Positions 50,863 through 60,998 of a DNA stretch of 64,000 bases are shown one piece after another; the first letter of the stretch is position 1, and each line of letters opens with the position of its first letter. A model generated the notes under the pieces. The model was not told the DNA's origin, did no database searches, and saw only the letters and a list, made by a program, of their open reading frames with translations. Position numbers and translations under genes: made by a program. Source of the stretch: a virus; the IMG/VR virus record IMGVR_UViG_3300028920_000056, positions 1 to 64,000 of that record. One strand, written 5' to 3'.

Positions 50863-51624
50863 TTGATTAAAATGAATAAAAAAGAAACAACTAAAAAATT
50901 ATTAAAAGATCAGACATGTGACTCATGTATATACAGATGGAGTAGTGTTGGTAAATATCATTGCACTTCAAAAAATATGAAAAATAACACATGTAAACGC
51001 TATATAAATGATAGAGGACTAAGTGAAGAAGCTTATAACAAAATGCAAGAAATGAGAATGAGAGTAAGACTAGAAATAGAAAAATCATTAGAAGAAACTA
51101 TAAAGTTAAATAGAGAAATAAGGAGTGGCAAATGGGATTACTCAAAAAAATAACTAAGCGACTATTAAAAGATCAGACATGTGATGACTGTTTTTGGTTT
51201 TGGAATCCATACAATTGGAGACATGTTCCCGGAGGTTTTTGCTGTTGGAAACATGTTAGACCCACAGAAGAAGGATGTTCTTCATGGAAAAAGAGAGAAC
51301 AAAGAAAATAGTTATTAATTTACTTAAAGAAAAAACATGTGATAATTGTGTGTGGAAAAATGAGCATACAACATCTTGGTGTGGAATACAAGGAAATAAG
51401 CCGTCAGCCGGAACATGTATATTTTGGAGAATGTGGTTACCAGAGAGATGATTAGCATGAATGAGTCACAAGAAGAAAGAAGAGAAAGAACTAAAAGATT
51501 GTTACATGATGCATCATGTGATAATTGTATCTATCGTTTTAAAGCCCCTCATTATTGGAACTGTAGTTTTTACCGTGATAGACCAATGAAAAATTTGTGC
51601 ATAAATTGGTCTCTCCAAAGATAG
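50863..51624 (+). other. four tandem TKxLLKD-CxxC genes (50863-51153, 51132-51311, 51284-51451, ~51448-51624)
   Basis: TKKLLKDQTCDSC, TKRLLKDQTCDDC, INLLKEKTCDNC, TKRLLHDASCDNC; the middle two are under 60 aa and absent from the ORF track. Confidence 0.7.
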
Positions 51625-51664
51625 CTTCGACATGGCATTATGATAATATCATAGGAGGTAATAT

Positions 51665-52165
51665 ATGACAAAGACCCCACATGATAATAATTATATTTCT
51701 AATTCATTTCAAAATCGTATAGAAGTTAATTTAGCTAATATAAGTCGCTCAAAAGATGATAAATTTATATTATTAGGTGTTCATTATATAATAAAGGGAT
51801 TTAAATGTGAATTATGCAAACACCGTGATTGTTTATATGCTTATACCATAAAAAATGTAGAAACTAATGCTGATATGGTAGTTGGCAGCGAATGTATTAA
51901 GCATTTTAAAGCTAAGGGTTGTAACATTGATTTAGCAGCTGGTCTAAAGAAAAGAGTTAAAAGCATCACAAGAAAAATGAAGCGTTATATGAAAAAATAT
52001 TTAGACAAAGATGGTTATAAAGAAATGTCAGTAGAACAGAAGAGAGAGCTCACTGCTAAATTATTTGTTAAACAACAATTGAAAGAACAACTCAGAGGTG
52101 AAAGCAAAAAGAAAGTAATGTTATCAGAAGATGAAGTGTTAAAAATTCTTAAATATGAAGAATAG
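51665..52165 (+). CDS. zinc-binding phage protein
   Basis: CELCKH...VGSECIKHF; GGAGG RBS. Confidence 0.65.
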   Translation: MTKTPHDNNYISNSFQNRIEVNLANISRSKDDKFILLGVHYIIKGFKCELCKHRDCLYAYTIKNVETNADMVVGSECIKHFKAKGCNIDLAAGLKKRVKSITRKMKRYMKKYLDKDGYKEMSVEQKRELTAKLFVKQQLKEQLRGESKKKVMLSEDEVLKILKYEE

Positions 52166-52167
52166 TT

Positions 52168-54200
52168 ATGGTTGTTGAACACTATTCACAAATTAAACTT
52201 AATAAGCTTTATTATTTTTGGTTTACTGCACAACCTACTAAAAGTGCATATATTATATTTCGTGAATTTGAAAAAGAAACGTATATTTTTTATGTAGAAG
52301 TTTATGATGATAACAATGGCAAATATAATACTTTAGTCCCAATTGAAGTAATTAGCAAGGGACAACTTATAGAAGTAGTAGATGACAAGTTTAAACTTAA
52401 GTTGGCCCTTAAGGGTTTGACAGAATGAAATTTGAAGATTTAAAAGTAGATATATTATATGTTGCTGATTATGATGGGCACTATCTCTATTTTATACCAC
52501 GTAAACTACTCAGGGGTCAATTTTGGAGTATTAGTATGATTGACCATCAAAAGAATGTTGTTAGCTCGATGTTACATATAGATGTTTTTATGAAAGCAAC
52601 TTCTGTGAGGAAAGCAACAAAAAAAGAAATTACTACTCTAAGCTTGAAAGGGTTGTTGTGAACATAAAAATAAATTTTGAAGACTTAGAAGTTAATCATT
52701 TATATTGTTATGAGTGTGTTGATAATAATTATCATTATAAAGGAGTTAGCAAATATTTTATAGTTCTTAAAAAGTTTATACGCAAAGAGAGTCATTTAGT
52801 AAGATGGTATAATGGTATGGGTGAAATACATTATCAAGCATTATTCTCGGGATTTTTTCGTGAAGTTAAAGATATAAAAGAAAAGACTAAATTGATGCTG
52901 AAAGGATTGTTGTGAGATTAAACGTAGATGACTATTTGTTAGTAAGATATGGAGACCCTCGCAAAACATCATTTTTTTTAGTTACAAATCGCAGTGCAGC
53001 AGATGACAATGTCGTTTTTGGAATATATATGTCGACAGATAGAGTAATCAATGTTAATGCAGCAATCTCTATTTATGCAATTGAAAGAAGTGACATATTT
53101 GTTAGTAAAATAACAAATAAAAAACTTATTACTAAACTACAACTAAGAGGTTTAGTATGACAGAACTAGAAAAAGCAGTAAATACAAAGATTGGAGATTA
53201 TTTAAAAATAGTAAACATTCCTAAATCTTTAAAGAGTGAATTATATTTTCTAGTTACTGAAATATATCCCGCTAAACCAACAACTAAAAACTTTATAAAA
53301 CTTAGTGGAACTATGTTGTTAGAAGATGGCGACCTTGTAAATTTAGATTTGGCTGCTAGTTTTTTTGAAAAGAATTTTTTACGAATATTTCCAATAACTA
53401 AACAAACTTTAATAACTAAACTACAACTAAGAGGTTTAGTATGACAATATTTGACGATCTTAATGAAGAAGTTTATACAATACTAGATTCTGATGAAGAA
53501 CTTAAAGGGCCCTTTTATTTAATAAAAAGAAAAGACACACATTTTTATTTTGGATCACTACTTACACTAAATAATAAAATTGAGCATGATATTGCAATAC
53601 GAATAGATGGAAATATTGTTGTCAAAAAAATAATTAATAATAAGCTCATAACTAAACTTAAACTGAAAGGATTGGTATGATTAAAGGTGAGATTAAAATA
53701 AACGATTATCTTTATATTGATGACGATTTAGGAAGAAAATATTATTTAAAAGTTTCAAAATATCATTATCGTGAAGACACAGGTGAAATTTTTCTAATTA
53801 ATGGAATAGGATATAATATTAAATATGAAAAATCAATTATAACTTTGTCCTTATGGATTAATGGAGACGCAACTGTAACTATCATAACCAATCTTAAACA
53901 AATAACTAAACTTAAACTGAAAGGAATAATATGAAGCCATTACAACTCAATGGATATTATATGTATCGAGTAACTTATAAAGAGTTTCATTATATTAATT
54001 ATTTCTATATTTGTCATATTGTTTCTATCCCTCCGGCACATTACATAATTAATATACTTACTCATAACATAATTAAAAATACAATAGTACTAAACGAACA
54101 TTCACCATTTTCACATAGTTGGTTTGAACGAAATATTACTAACTTAAAAAGGATAAATGATAATAAACTTATAACAAAACTGAAACTAAGAGGATTATGA
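52168..54200 (+). other. tandem array of eight coupled small genes with C-terminal KLITKLKL(K/R)GL tag
   Basis: ORFs at 52168, 52425, 52658, 52912, 53157, 53441, 53677 and 53931, joined by 4-nt overlaps. Confidence 0.8.
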
Positions 54201-54345
54201 TATGATTAAAATAATTTTAGAGATGTGGCCACATGGTTATGAAAAATAAGTACAAGCTATGCGAAGGTAGAATCGGAAACGATAAAAAAATAATAACAAA
54301 ATTAAACTTACTTGGACTTTTTTCTTTAAACTCATAAGATAAATA

Positions 54346-54376
54346 TATGGCCATATACCTAGTTGGTATGGCCATA
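54346..54376. promoter_or_regulatory. tandem palindromic operator (TATGGCCATA x2)
   Basis: perfect 10-bp palindromes at 54346 and 54367, right after AAGATAAAT (54336). Confidence 0.65.
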
Positions 54377-54389
54377 ATGGAGTAATACA

Positions 54390-54707
54390 ATGGGAAAAAT
54401 AAAACCGGGCCTATCTATAGATGAAGAAATCTGGAAACAATTTAAAGAAAAGTTTAGTTCTAATGCATCTAAAAAAGCAGAAGAATTATTCAAAGAAGCA
54501 CTAGAAATAGAAATACCAAATATTTTAAATGCATGTGAAATTAATAGTGTAACTATACCAAACAGTTCTGAATGGAGTTTTAAATATTCAGAAGGATCAA
54601 TAAATTTAGATCATAATGTTTCATATTCTTGCGTAGATAATGGCAGTGATTTTGCAGATATAACTAGCTCATATACAACAGATTTAAAAGATATTATAAT
54701 TGAGTAA
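54390..54707 (+). CDS. ribbon-helix-helix-like DNA-binding protein
   Basis: KIKPGLSIDEEIWKQFKEKF..NASKKAEELFKEAL fits the strand-helix-helix pattern. Confidence 0.6.
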   Translation: MGKIKPGLSIDEEIWKQFKEKFSSNASKKAEELFKEALEIEIPNILNACEINSVTIPNSSEWSFKYSEGSINLDHNVSYSCVDNGSDFADITSSYTTDLKDIIIE

Positions 54708-55197
54708 GGAGGTTATTATGAGTGTTGGGGAACCAGATTTAACTTTAAATAATATTACTATTACCACAGAACATACAAGTTGGCCATATGTTACTAACGA
54801 AATATATTCAACTGGCACATATTACCCATATTTTGATCATATTTGGATAGGTGACCCATTACCAGAAAAGTGGGAGCCTTTACCTGGATGTGTTCCATGG
54901 GATGGTCCACTTGTTAATGAAAACAAATTACCAAACAATGTTGAAGAAATTTTAGAACAATTAAAAATACATATGGAGGGAAATAAAATGACTATGAATA
55001 TTTATGAGGTTTTAGTAATAGATCGCAAAGAATGCACAGTTCTAACAAAGCAAGATAACATTATTGCTAAAGATGAAAAATCTGCAATGTTAGAACTTGA
55101 CCTTAGCAAAGAAATTAAAGCTAAAGTTAAAAAGGACGAAATCGTATTTATCTTTACTAAAAAAGGCTCATTTGAGAAACTAGAAGATAAAGAATAA
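54700..55197 (+). CDS. hypothetical protein (possibly two nested starts)
   Basis: likely start MSVGE after AAGGAGG; internal GGAGG RBS before MTMNIYE. Confidence 0.5.
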   Translation: MSKEVIMSVGEPDLTLNNITITTEHTSWPYVTNEIYSTGTYYPYFDHIWIGDPLPEKWEPLPGCVPWDGPLVNENKLPNNVEEILEQLKIHMEGNKMTMNIYEVLVIDRKECTVLTKQDNIIAKDEKSAMLELDLSKEIKAKVKKDEIVFIFTKKGSFEKLEDKE

Positions 55198-55207
55198 TTA
55201 TTCAATT

Positions 55208-55236
55208 GGTAGTCTCTTAAGACTACCTTTTTTGTG
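55208..55236 (+). terminator. intrinsic terminator
   Basis: GGTAGTC-TCTTAA-GACTACC TTTTTTGTG. Confidence 0.8.
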
Positions 55237-55251
55237 CAAAGATAAATATAT

Positions 55252-55452
55252 ATGACAAGTGTGACTTACTATTATATAATAAAAACCTATAAAGCTGGTG
55301 ATTGGAAAGCAACATTTAGAATTACTAATAAAGTACTAGATGAAACTTGGATATGTGAAAAATTAAAAAACAAAAATGACATTTTTAAATTTATATTTAA
55401 TGATTATATAATAGACAATAAAATAGAGATTAAAGTAGAAATTAAAATATGA
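55252..55452 (+). CDS. small protein, IxxIF-tag family
   Basis: KNDIFKFIFND; ATG 4 nt after AAGATAAAT. Confidence 0.55.
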   Translation: MTSVTYYYIIKTYKAGDWKATFRITNKVLDETWICEKLKNKNDIFKFIFNDYIIDNKIEIKVEIKI

Positions 55453-55485
55453 AATATTATTATAAGTTGATAAAGGTAATATTTA

Positions 55486-56058
55486 ATGACTAGAGAGCAA
55501 ATAAAGAAAAAATTAAATTTAAGTAGTATTGGCGATTTTCTTGAAGGCAGAGCTTGGGTCCAGAAAAATGGTAAATTTGGTCATGTTGACAAAAATGGCA
55601 ATATTACAACGCCAATAGTTTATGATGACGTTGGCAATTTCAAAGAAGGCAGAACTTGGGTTGAGAAAAATGGTAAATGCGGTCATGTTGATCTAAATAG
55701 TAAAGTAACAACGCCTATAATTTATGATAACGTTGGCAATTTCAAAGAAGGCAGAGCTCGAGTTAAGAAAAATGGTAAATGGGGTCATGTTGATAAAAAT
55801 GGCAATATAACAACGCCTATAATCTATGATGATGTTGGCTCTTTCCAAGAAGGCAAAGCTTGGGTCCAGAAAAACAATAAATATGGCCATGTTGATCTAA
55901 ATGGCAAAGTGACAACGCCAATAATTTATGACGATATTGGTTATTTCCAAGAAGGCAAAGGATGGGCGGAAATTAACAAAGTATATATTGATATAAATAA
56001 AAATGGTATACCAATTAAACATAAAGATTTTTATAATTTAATAAAAGGATTATTCTAA
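55486..56058 (+). CDS. WG-repeat protein, paralogue 5 (one extra repeat)
   Basis: MTREQIKKKLNL...same repeat...HKDFYNLIKGLF. Confidence 0.85.
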   Translation: MTREQIKKKLNLSSIGDFLEGRAWVQKNGKFGHVDKNGNITTPIVYDDVGNFKEGRTWVEKNGKCGHVDLNSKVTTPIIYDNVGNFKEGRARVKKNGKWGHVDKNGNITTPIIYDDVGSFQEGKAWVQKNNKYGHVDLNGKVTTPIIYDDIGYFQEGKGWAEINKVYIDINKNGIPIKHKDFYNLIKGLF

Positions 56059-57346
56059 TGAAATATTTAGTTTGCATAAATCATGAAGGTATACAATGTA
56101 AAATGCAACTTGGGCATGAGCCTGAGAGGACAGAACTAGAAATTAAGAGTGCACAAAACAGAAATTTAATAAAAGAGATTTTCTTTAGAAAAGAAGATCC
56201 AAGAACAGATATATCTTTCATAAATGATCAAAAAGAGATAGCGGCTGAAATAATGAAGAAATATGATGTTAGCACTGGCTATTATGGATATCAAATACGC
56301 AAGACTACAATAGGTAAACATATTGAAGTAGTAGTTGACATGCCTGAAAAAGAGTTTAATAAATCACAAGGTAGTTTAGAAGGGGCAATCAATATTTTAC
56401 ATCATACTACAAAGTTGATGTCTCCTAAAGCAAAAACAAAAGATGCAGCAAAGATTGTATTGAAGTGGATCAACAGATTAGAGTCTGAGAAGGAGATTGA
56501 TTAAATGCTATGGGATGAATTCAAAGAAGGTGATATTGTTGAATATAAAGGATTACATGTTTTTAAAACATTTTTCTGGATAAGAAGAAAATTTAAGTCT
56601 GCTGAAAGGGCACTAGTTGTTGAGCTCATTAAGTGGAATAAAAACTCTAGATTTCATATTCATAAAATAAAATCTTACTGGGGAAAAAATTGGTTTAATG
56701 AAGAATGGAGACACAAACAATATACGACGTCAAGTAGAAAAGAATTATTTGATGAGATATTTAAGTCATGAAAAAAGTAATAATTTATGGCATAATAAAA
56801 AAACCGTTTCAGATATTAATAGCAAAAGCGTTTTATTCTTTTGATATTGGAGAAACTTCTGTTTCTGGTGAGAGATATGAATTTGTAGAAGATGATGTTA
56901 TAATTGATGTTAACTGGGGATTTTATGGAGATTATGAAAATGGGGAGTTTGAAGAAATTCCTGATAATGTTAATGAAGCTGACACAATTGAAGAAGCTTA
57001 TAGAGAAATAATAATGAGAATTATTTAATGAAATATTTGGAGGCTAATTATGGTTAAACCACGAATTCTTGGAAAGTGGTATATAAACAATAAAAAAGAT
57101 TATATGAATTTTGTTTTAGCTGTTGATATTCGGGGTGGATATATTACTATTGGAATTAAGCCTCCATATACAGAAATTAATATGTATCATCTTGTTGATA
57201 AAAATGGTAGTGGCTACCTAACCAAACTTATTGATGCAGACGAATCAGAAATAAGTAGATTAAATAGTTTAATAATTAAATATATTTTTGAAGATTTAGT
57301 CGAGTTTAACTACTTTAGAGACTATTTGGAGAATTATGGAGGCTAA
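56058..57346 (+). other. four small IxxIF-family genes (56058, 56505, 56768, 57050)
   Basis: NLIKEIFF (internal), KELFDEIFK, YREIIMRII, SLIIKYIFE. Confidence 0.6.
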
Positions 57347-57348
57347 TT

Positions 57349-58053
57349 ATGTCTTATGAAAATTTAAAAAACTTTGTAATGAGAAGAATGGGCTTTCCCA
57401 GAATTAAAATATACTTAACTCCTGAACAAATAGAAGATTGTCTATGGGAGGCACTGAACAGATATTATGAATATATAGAAGGCGACATGAAAGAAACTTA
57501 TCTTACTGGTTTTTCTGGTCAGGGGACATTTGATATACCTGCAACTATTGTCCCTAGATATATTCATGAAGTAATTTTTAAACCGTCTGATCCATTACTT
57601 TCTCTAACAGGTGTAATGCAAGATGTTTATGTTTTGTACTACTTACAGAATGCCGGCGGAGCTTCAAATTTCATAGTTGATTACTGGCTAACTCTTGCAA
57701 GCTATGAAGAATATGTAAGAGTTCTTGGTAATCAACCACATTGGCAGATTATAGATGGCGACAAAATAAAGTTAGATCCAGTTCCGTCTATAGATTTTAC
57801 TATTGGTATAAAATATATGGCTCTTCCTTCTGAAACAGTTATTGAAAATATAAGGTGGATTAGACTATATACACTTGCACTTGCTAAAGGAGTTGAAGGA
57901 GAAATTAGAAGTAAATTCTCTTCTTTCTCTGCAGGATCAGGTGAGATTTCATTAAATGGTGACGCATTAAAAGCAGAATCACAAGCAGAACTACAAAAAC
58001 TAGAAGATGAGTTATTCTCAAAACAAGATCCGCTCTATGGAATTTACGGTTAG
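57349..58053 (+). CDS. neck protein (gp13-like head-tail adaptor)
   Basis: FVMRRMGFPRIKIYLTPEQIEDC, WIRLYTLALAK..G.IRSKF, SLNGDALKAES. Confidence 0.9.
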   Translation: MSYENLKNFVMRRMGFPRIKIYLTPEQIEDCLWEALNRYYEYIEGDMKETYLTGFSGQGTFDIPATIVPRYIHEVIFKPSDPLLSLTGVMQDVYVLYYLQNAGGASNFIVDYWLTLASYEEYVRVLGNQPHWQIIDGDKIKLDPVPSIDFTIGIKYMALPSETVIENIRWIRLYTLALAKGVEGEIRSKFSSFSAGSGEISLNGDALKAESQAELQKLEDELFSKQDPLYGIYG

Positions 58054-58159
58054 TTGATCACCAAATTTCTAAACAAAAGCCGCTATAACTCGCTAAAAGA
58101 ATATAACGATTATGAATATTGGATTATAAAAGAGGACACTTTAGAGGTTAAGAAATATA

Positions 58160-58307
58160 ATGAAACTAACAGAATTAATAAAAACAAATAGATTGAAAGC
58201 AGGAATGCTATTCTATCATACATTTCAAAGCGTGGAAGGTATATATTATTTAGTCATAAAAGTTAATAGAAAAGCTTAAATTAATTGAAAATATATTTGA
58301 CAAGTGA
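58160..58307 (+). pseudogene. deleted/frameshifted IxxIF-family remnant
   Basis: MKLTE..LKAGMLFY...* then KLIENIFDK* in another frame. Confidence 0.5.
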
Positions 58308-60076
58308 GATTTTTAGAAGAAATGATTGGAATTGAAGAGAAAAAATTATTTAGAAAACTACTCCAAAGATATGGTTCATACATAAGAGATGTAGAAACTG
58401 TTGACTATATTCCAGGTATTAAGCCACTTTTTATTTTTCATTGGCTTGCAGAACACAAATATGTTATGTGCAGAAAGTGGCATATTGATTTAAATCAATC
58501 TCAATCAGGATTTAATATTTATGTGCCAAAATTTTATGACTTGTTGGAGAAAAAATGGTTCGGTGGAATGTATTTTACATCAGCCGCAGTTGTTAATAAT
58601 AAAACGACATTTAAAAAAATATTAAATTATTTAGCTGATGGAAATGTTGAAGAGGCAAACAAATTGTTTTATAAACCCAGACGAATAATAAGGAATATAT
58701 TTAATGAAAGATAATGAAATAGTAGTAGGCGATTTATTATATTATCTCGATCGAGATAATATGAATTTTAATTATCTTTATTGTCGAGCTATTAATAAAA
58801 ATAAATTATACTTTATACAATTTAAATTCTTAGTGAATATAAAAAAGTTAATTATTAGAGAAAGATATATCCTGACTAGAGTTGAGTGGAACGACAAACA
58901 TCTTATTTTTAAATATTTCATAAAAGATGATGAAGCTAAGCACCAACTAGTTGAGCGTATTTTTAAAGTGGAAATAGAAGATATAAGGTATTTTGATAAA
59001 TGAAATATTTTGTAGTTGTACCAAATTTAAAGCCTCAAGTTATAATCTTTTTTGAATTTATAAAAGAATTGTCAGAAGCTCATAAATATCGTATAGGAAG
59101 ACGGTGGTATACTAAAAAGATAGTAAAATATAAAGCACGAGAAAATGGTGTCTATTTTGAAATACATATCTACTCACTTATTAAACGAGAGTCTGGCTAT
59201 AAATTTATAAGACCACCAATAAATGGAGAAATATTTGATTCATTTTCAAAAGCAGCTAGATATCTTATTGTTAGGTTGTTTAAATAATGAAAAATGGAAT
59301 TTGGTATGAAATAGATCAAAAAAACTTTTTTAGTATCGCACACCAGTATTAATACATTTTTCTAATGAAAGATAAAGTGTTTGGATTTGATTGGCCTTCT
59401 AATAAATTTAGAACATATTCTAGAGCAGCATTAGAACCTGTATCAAAAGGGTTCAATATGGACTAAAATAGGTACTGACCTTATAAGTAGAGAATTAATA
59501 AAATTTATATTTGGATGTAGGTAAACATGACATTTAAAGAACTAAAATCTGGAATGATTCTATATGACTCTATTGGAGAAAAAATAATGTTTATTATTAA
59601 TGTTAAGAATGAGAATACAACTGTTGAATATGTGAGTGCACTTATTTTTTCTCCAATTATAACTACTTTAACATCTTATTTTATTGACATAATAACATGG
59701 CATGATCGTTATAGCAAAAGCTGCAAGCTTGCCACAAGTAAACAACTAAGAAAAGAAATAATGAAAATGTATGGGGCAACAACAAGTGATTAAGTTTAAA
59801 GAAGTAAAAAGAGGGATGTTTTTATGGCACATACTTGATGATGAATATACTGCATATTTTTATGTCCAAGAAAAATCAACCGAAGGAGTTACTGGATTAT
59901 GGGTTATATATAATACTTCAGATCGTATATTTGTTTATATACCAAATAGATTCTTCTCGAAGCGAACTTTTAGTATAAAATTAGATAAATGGAGTATTTT
60001 GTGGCGCATGAAATTGCAAGAAAGAAAACACTTGTTCAGAATTATTTTTGATGCAAAAGAGTTTCATAAAGAATAA
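58304..60076 (+). other. cluster of IxxIF-family genes (58304, 58704, 59000, 59527, 59771) plus a broken copy at 59287-59524
   Basis: tails RRIIRNIF, HQLVERIF, RYLIVRLF, RELIKFIF (remnant), KEIMKMY, KHLFRIIF. Confidence 0.65.
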
Positions 60077-60370
60077 CGCATAATTATATTAAAGTGGCAA
60101 CAATGAATAGACAACAAGAAATATTAAACGAAATTGAAAAAAAAGAACGTGATAAAAGAATAGAAAAGCATTTAAAGAAACGTGATTTATTTGTTTCTTT
60201 AATAGCTGCAATAAAGAGTGGAAATAAACTTTTGACTACCGAGCTAACGAATAAAGTACCAAAATATAAAATTAAAGATTTTATTTGGAAGCTGGGACGT
60301 TATAAATTTAAACAATATCCACTTACTAAAATGGCTATTAGTCAATTGAGGTGGAGAAAAGGGGGTTAAA

Positions 60371-60946
60371 ATGCACCCGCATAACATTCTCCTATTAGAT
60401 GTAGACAATACAATAGTTATTGCAAAAGACAATTATATTTACAAAATCATCAATGGAAAAGAAATAGCATTGACGCCTGCCGAATTTGCCCAAGAAGATA
60501 TACACAATAATAGATATGATTTCAGAGATTTTGAAGACCCAGATAGAATAAAAAGCGCAATTATGCATGGGCAACCAATAGTCTATGTACTAGATTTTAT
60601 GAGAGATAAACTAGACAATGGTTGGGAAGTTGGAATCTTAACAGCTAGACCAAGAGGAAAGCTTATTAAGAAAATATTGCGAACATGGCTTTTTTGTAGA
60701 GATGAAGAAGGAAAATGGACACAAATTGGCGATAAACTTAAAAGAGTGTTTGCAATTGGTGAAGTCGGTGGTACTTGTTCTTCTAATGTAGAAAAGAAAA
60801 TAGCAGTATTAAAAAGAATGTGTAAAGAATATGAACATGTAATGTTCATAGATGATGATCAAAGTAATATAGAAGCAGCAAGACAATTAAAATTAGATAA
60901 TCTTATTGCTATCAACACAAACGATTTAAAATTTATTGTTAGGTAA
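60371..60946 (+). CDS. HAD-superfamily phosphatase
   Basis: LLDVDNT (I), ILTAR (II), K (III), FIDDDQSN (IV). Confidence 0.85.
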   Translation: MHPHNILLLDVDNTIVIAKDNYIYKIINGKEIALTPAEFAQEDIHNNRYDFRDFEDPDRIKSAIMHGQPIVYVLDFMRDKLDNGWEVGILTARPRGKLIKKILRTWLFCRDEEGKWTQIGDKLKRVFAIGEVGGTCSSNVEKKIAVLKRMCKEYEHVMFIDDDQSNIEAARQLKLDNLIAINTNDLKFIVR

Positions 60947-60998
60947 ATAAAATACTATCCTTAAAATTAACTACTCATAATGCGAAAGATAATCATAT

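Noticed and set aside
52168-54200. CRISPR array or integron attC cassettes
   Set aside because: The repeats are coding, degenerate and ~250 bp apart, with no attC-like inverted repeats and no cas or integrase gene in the window.
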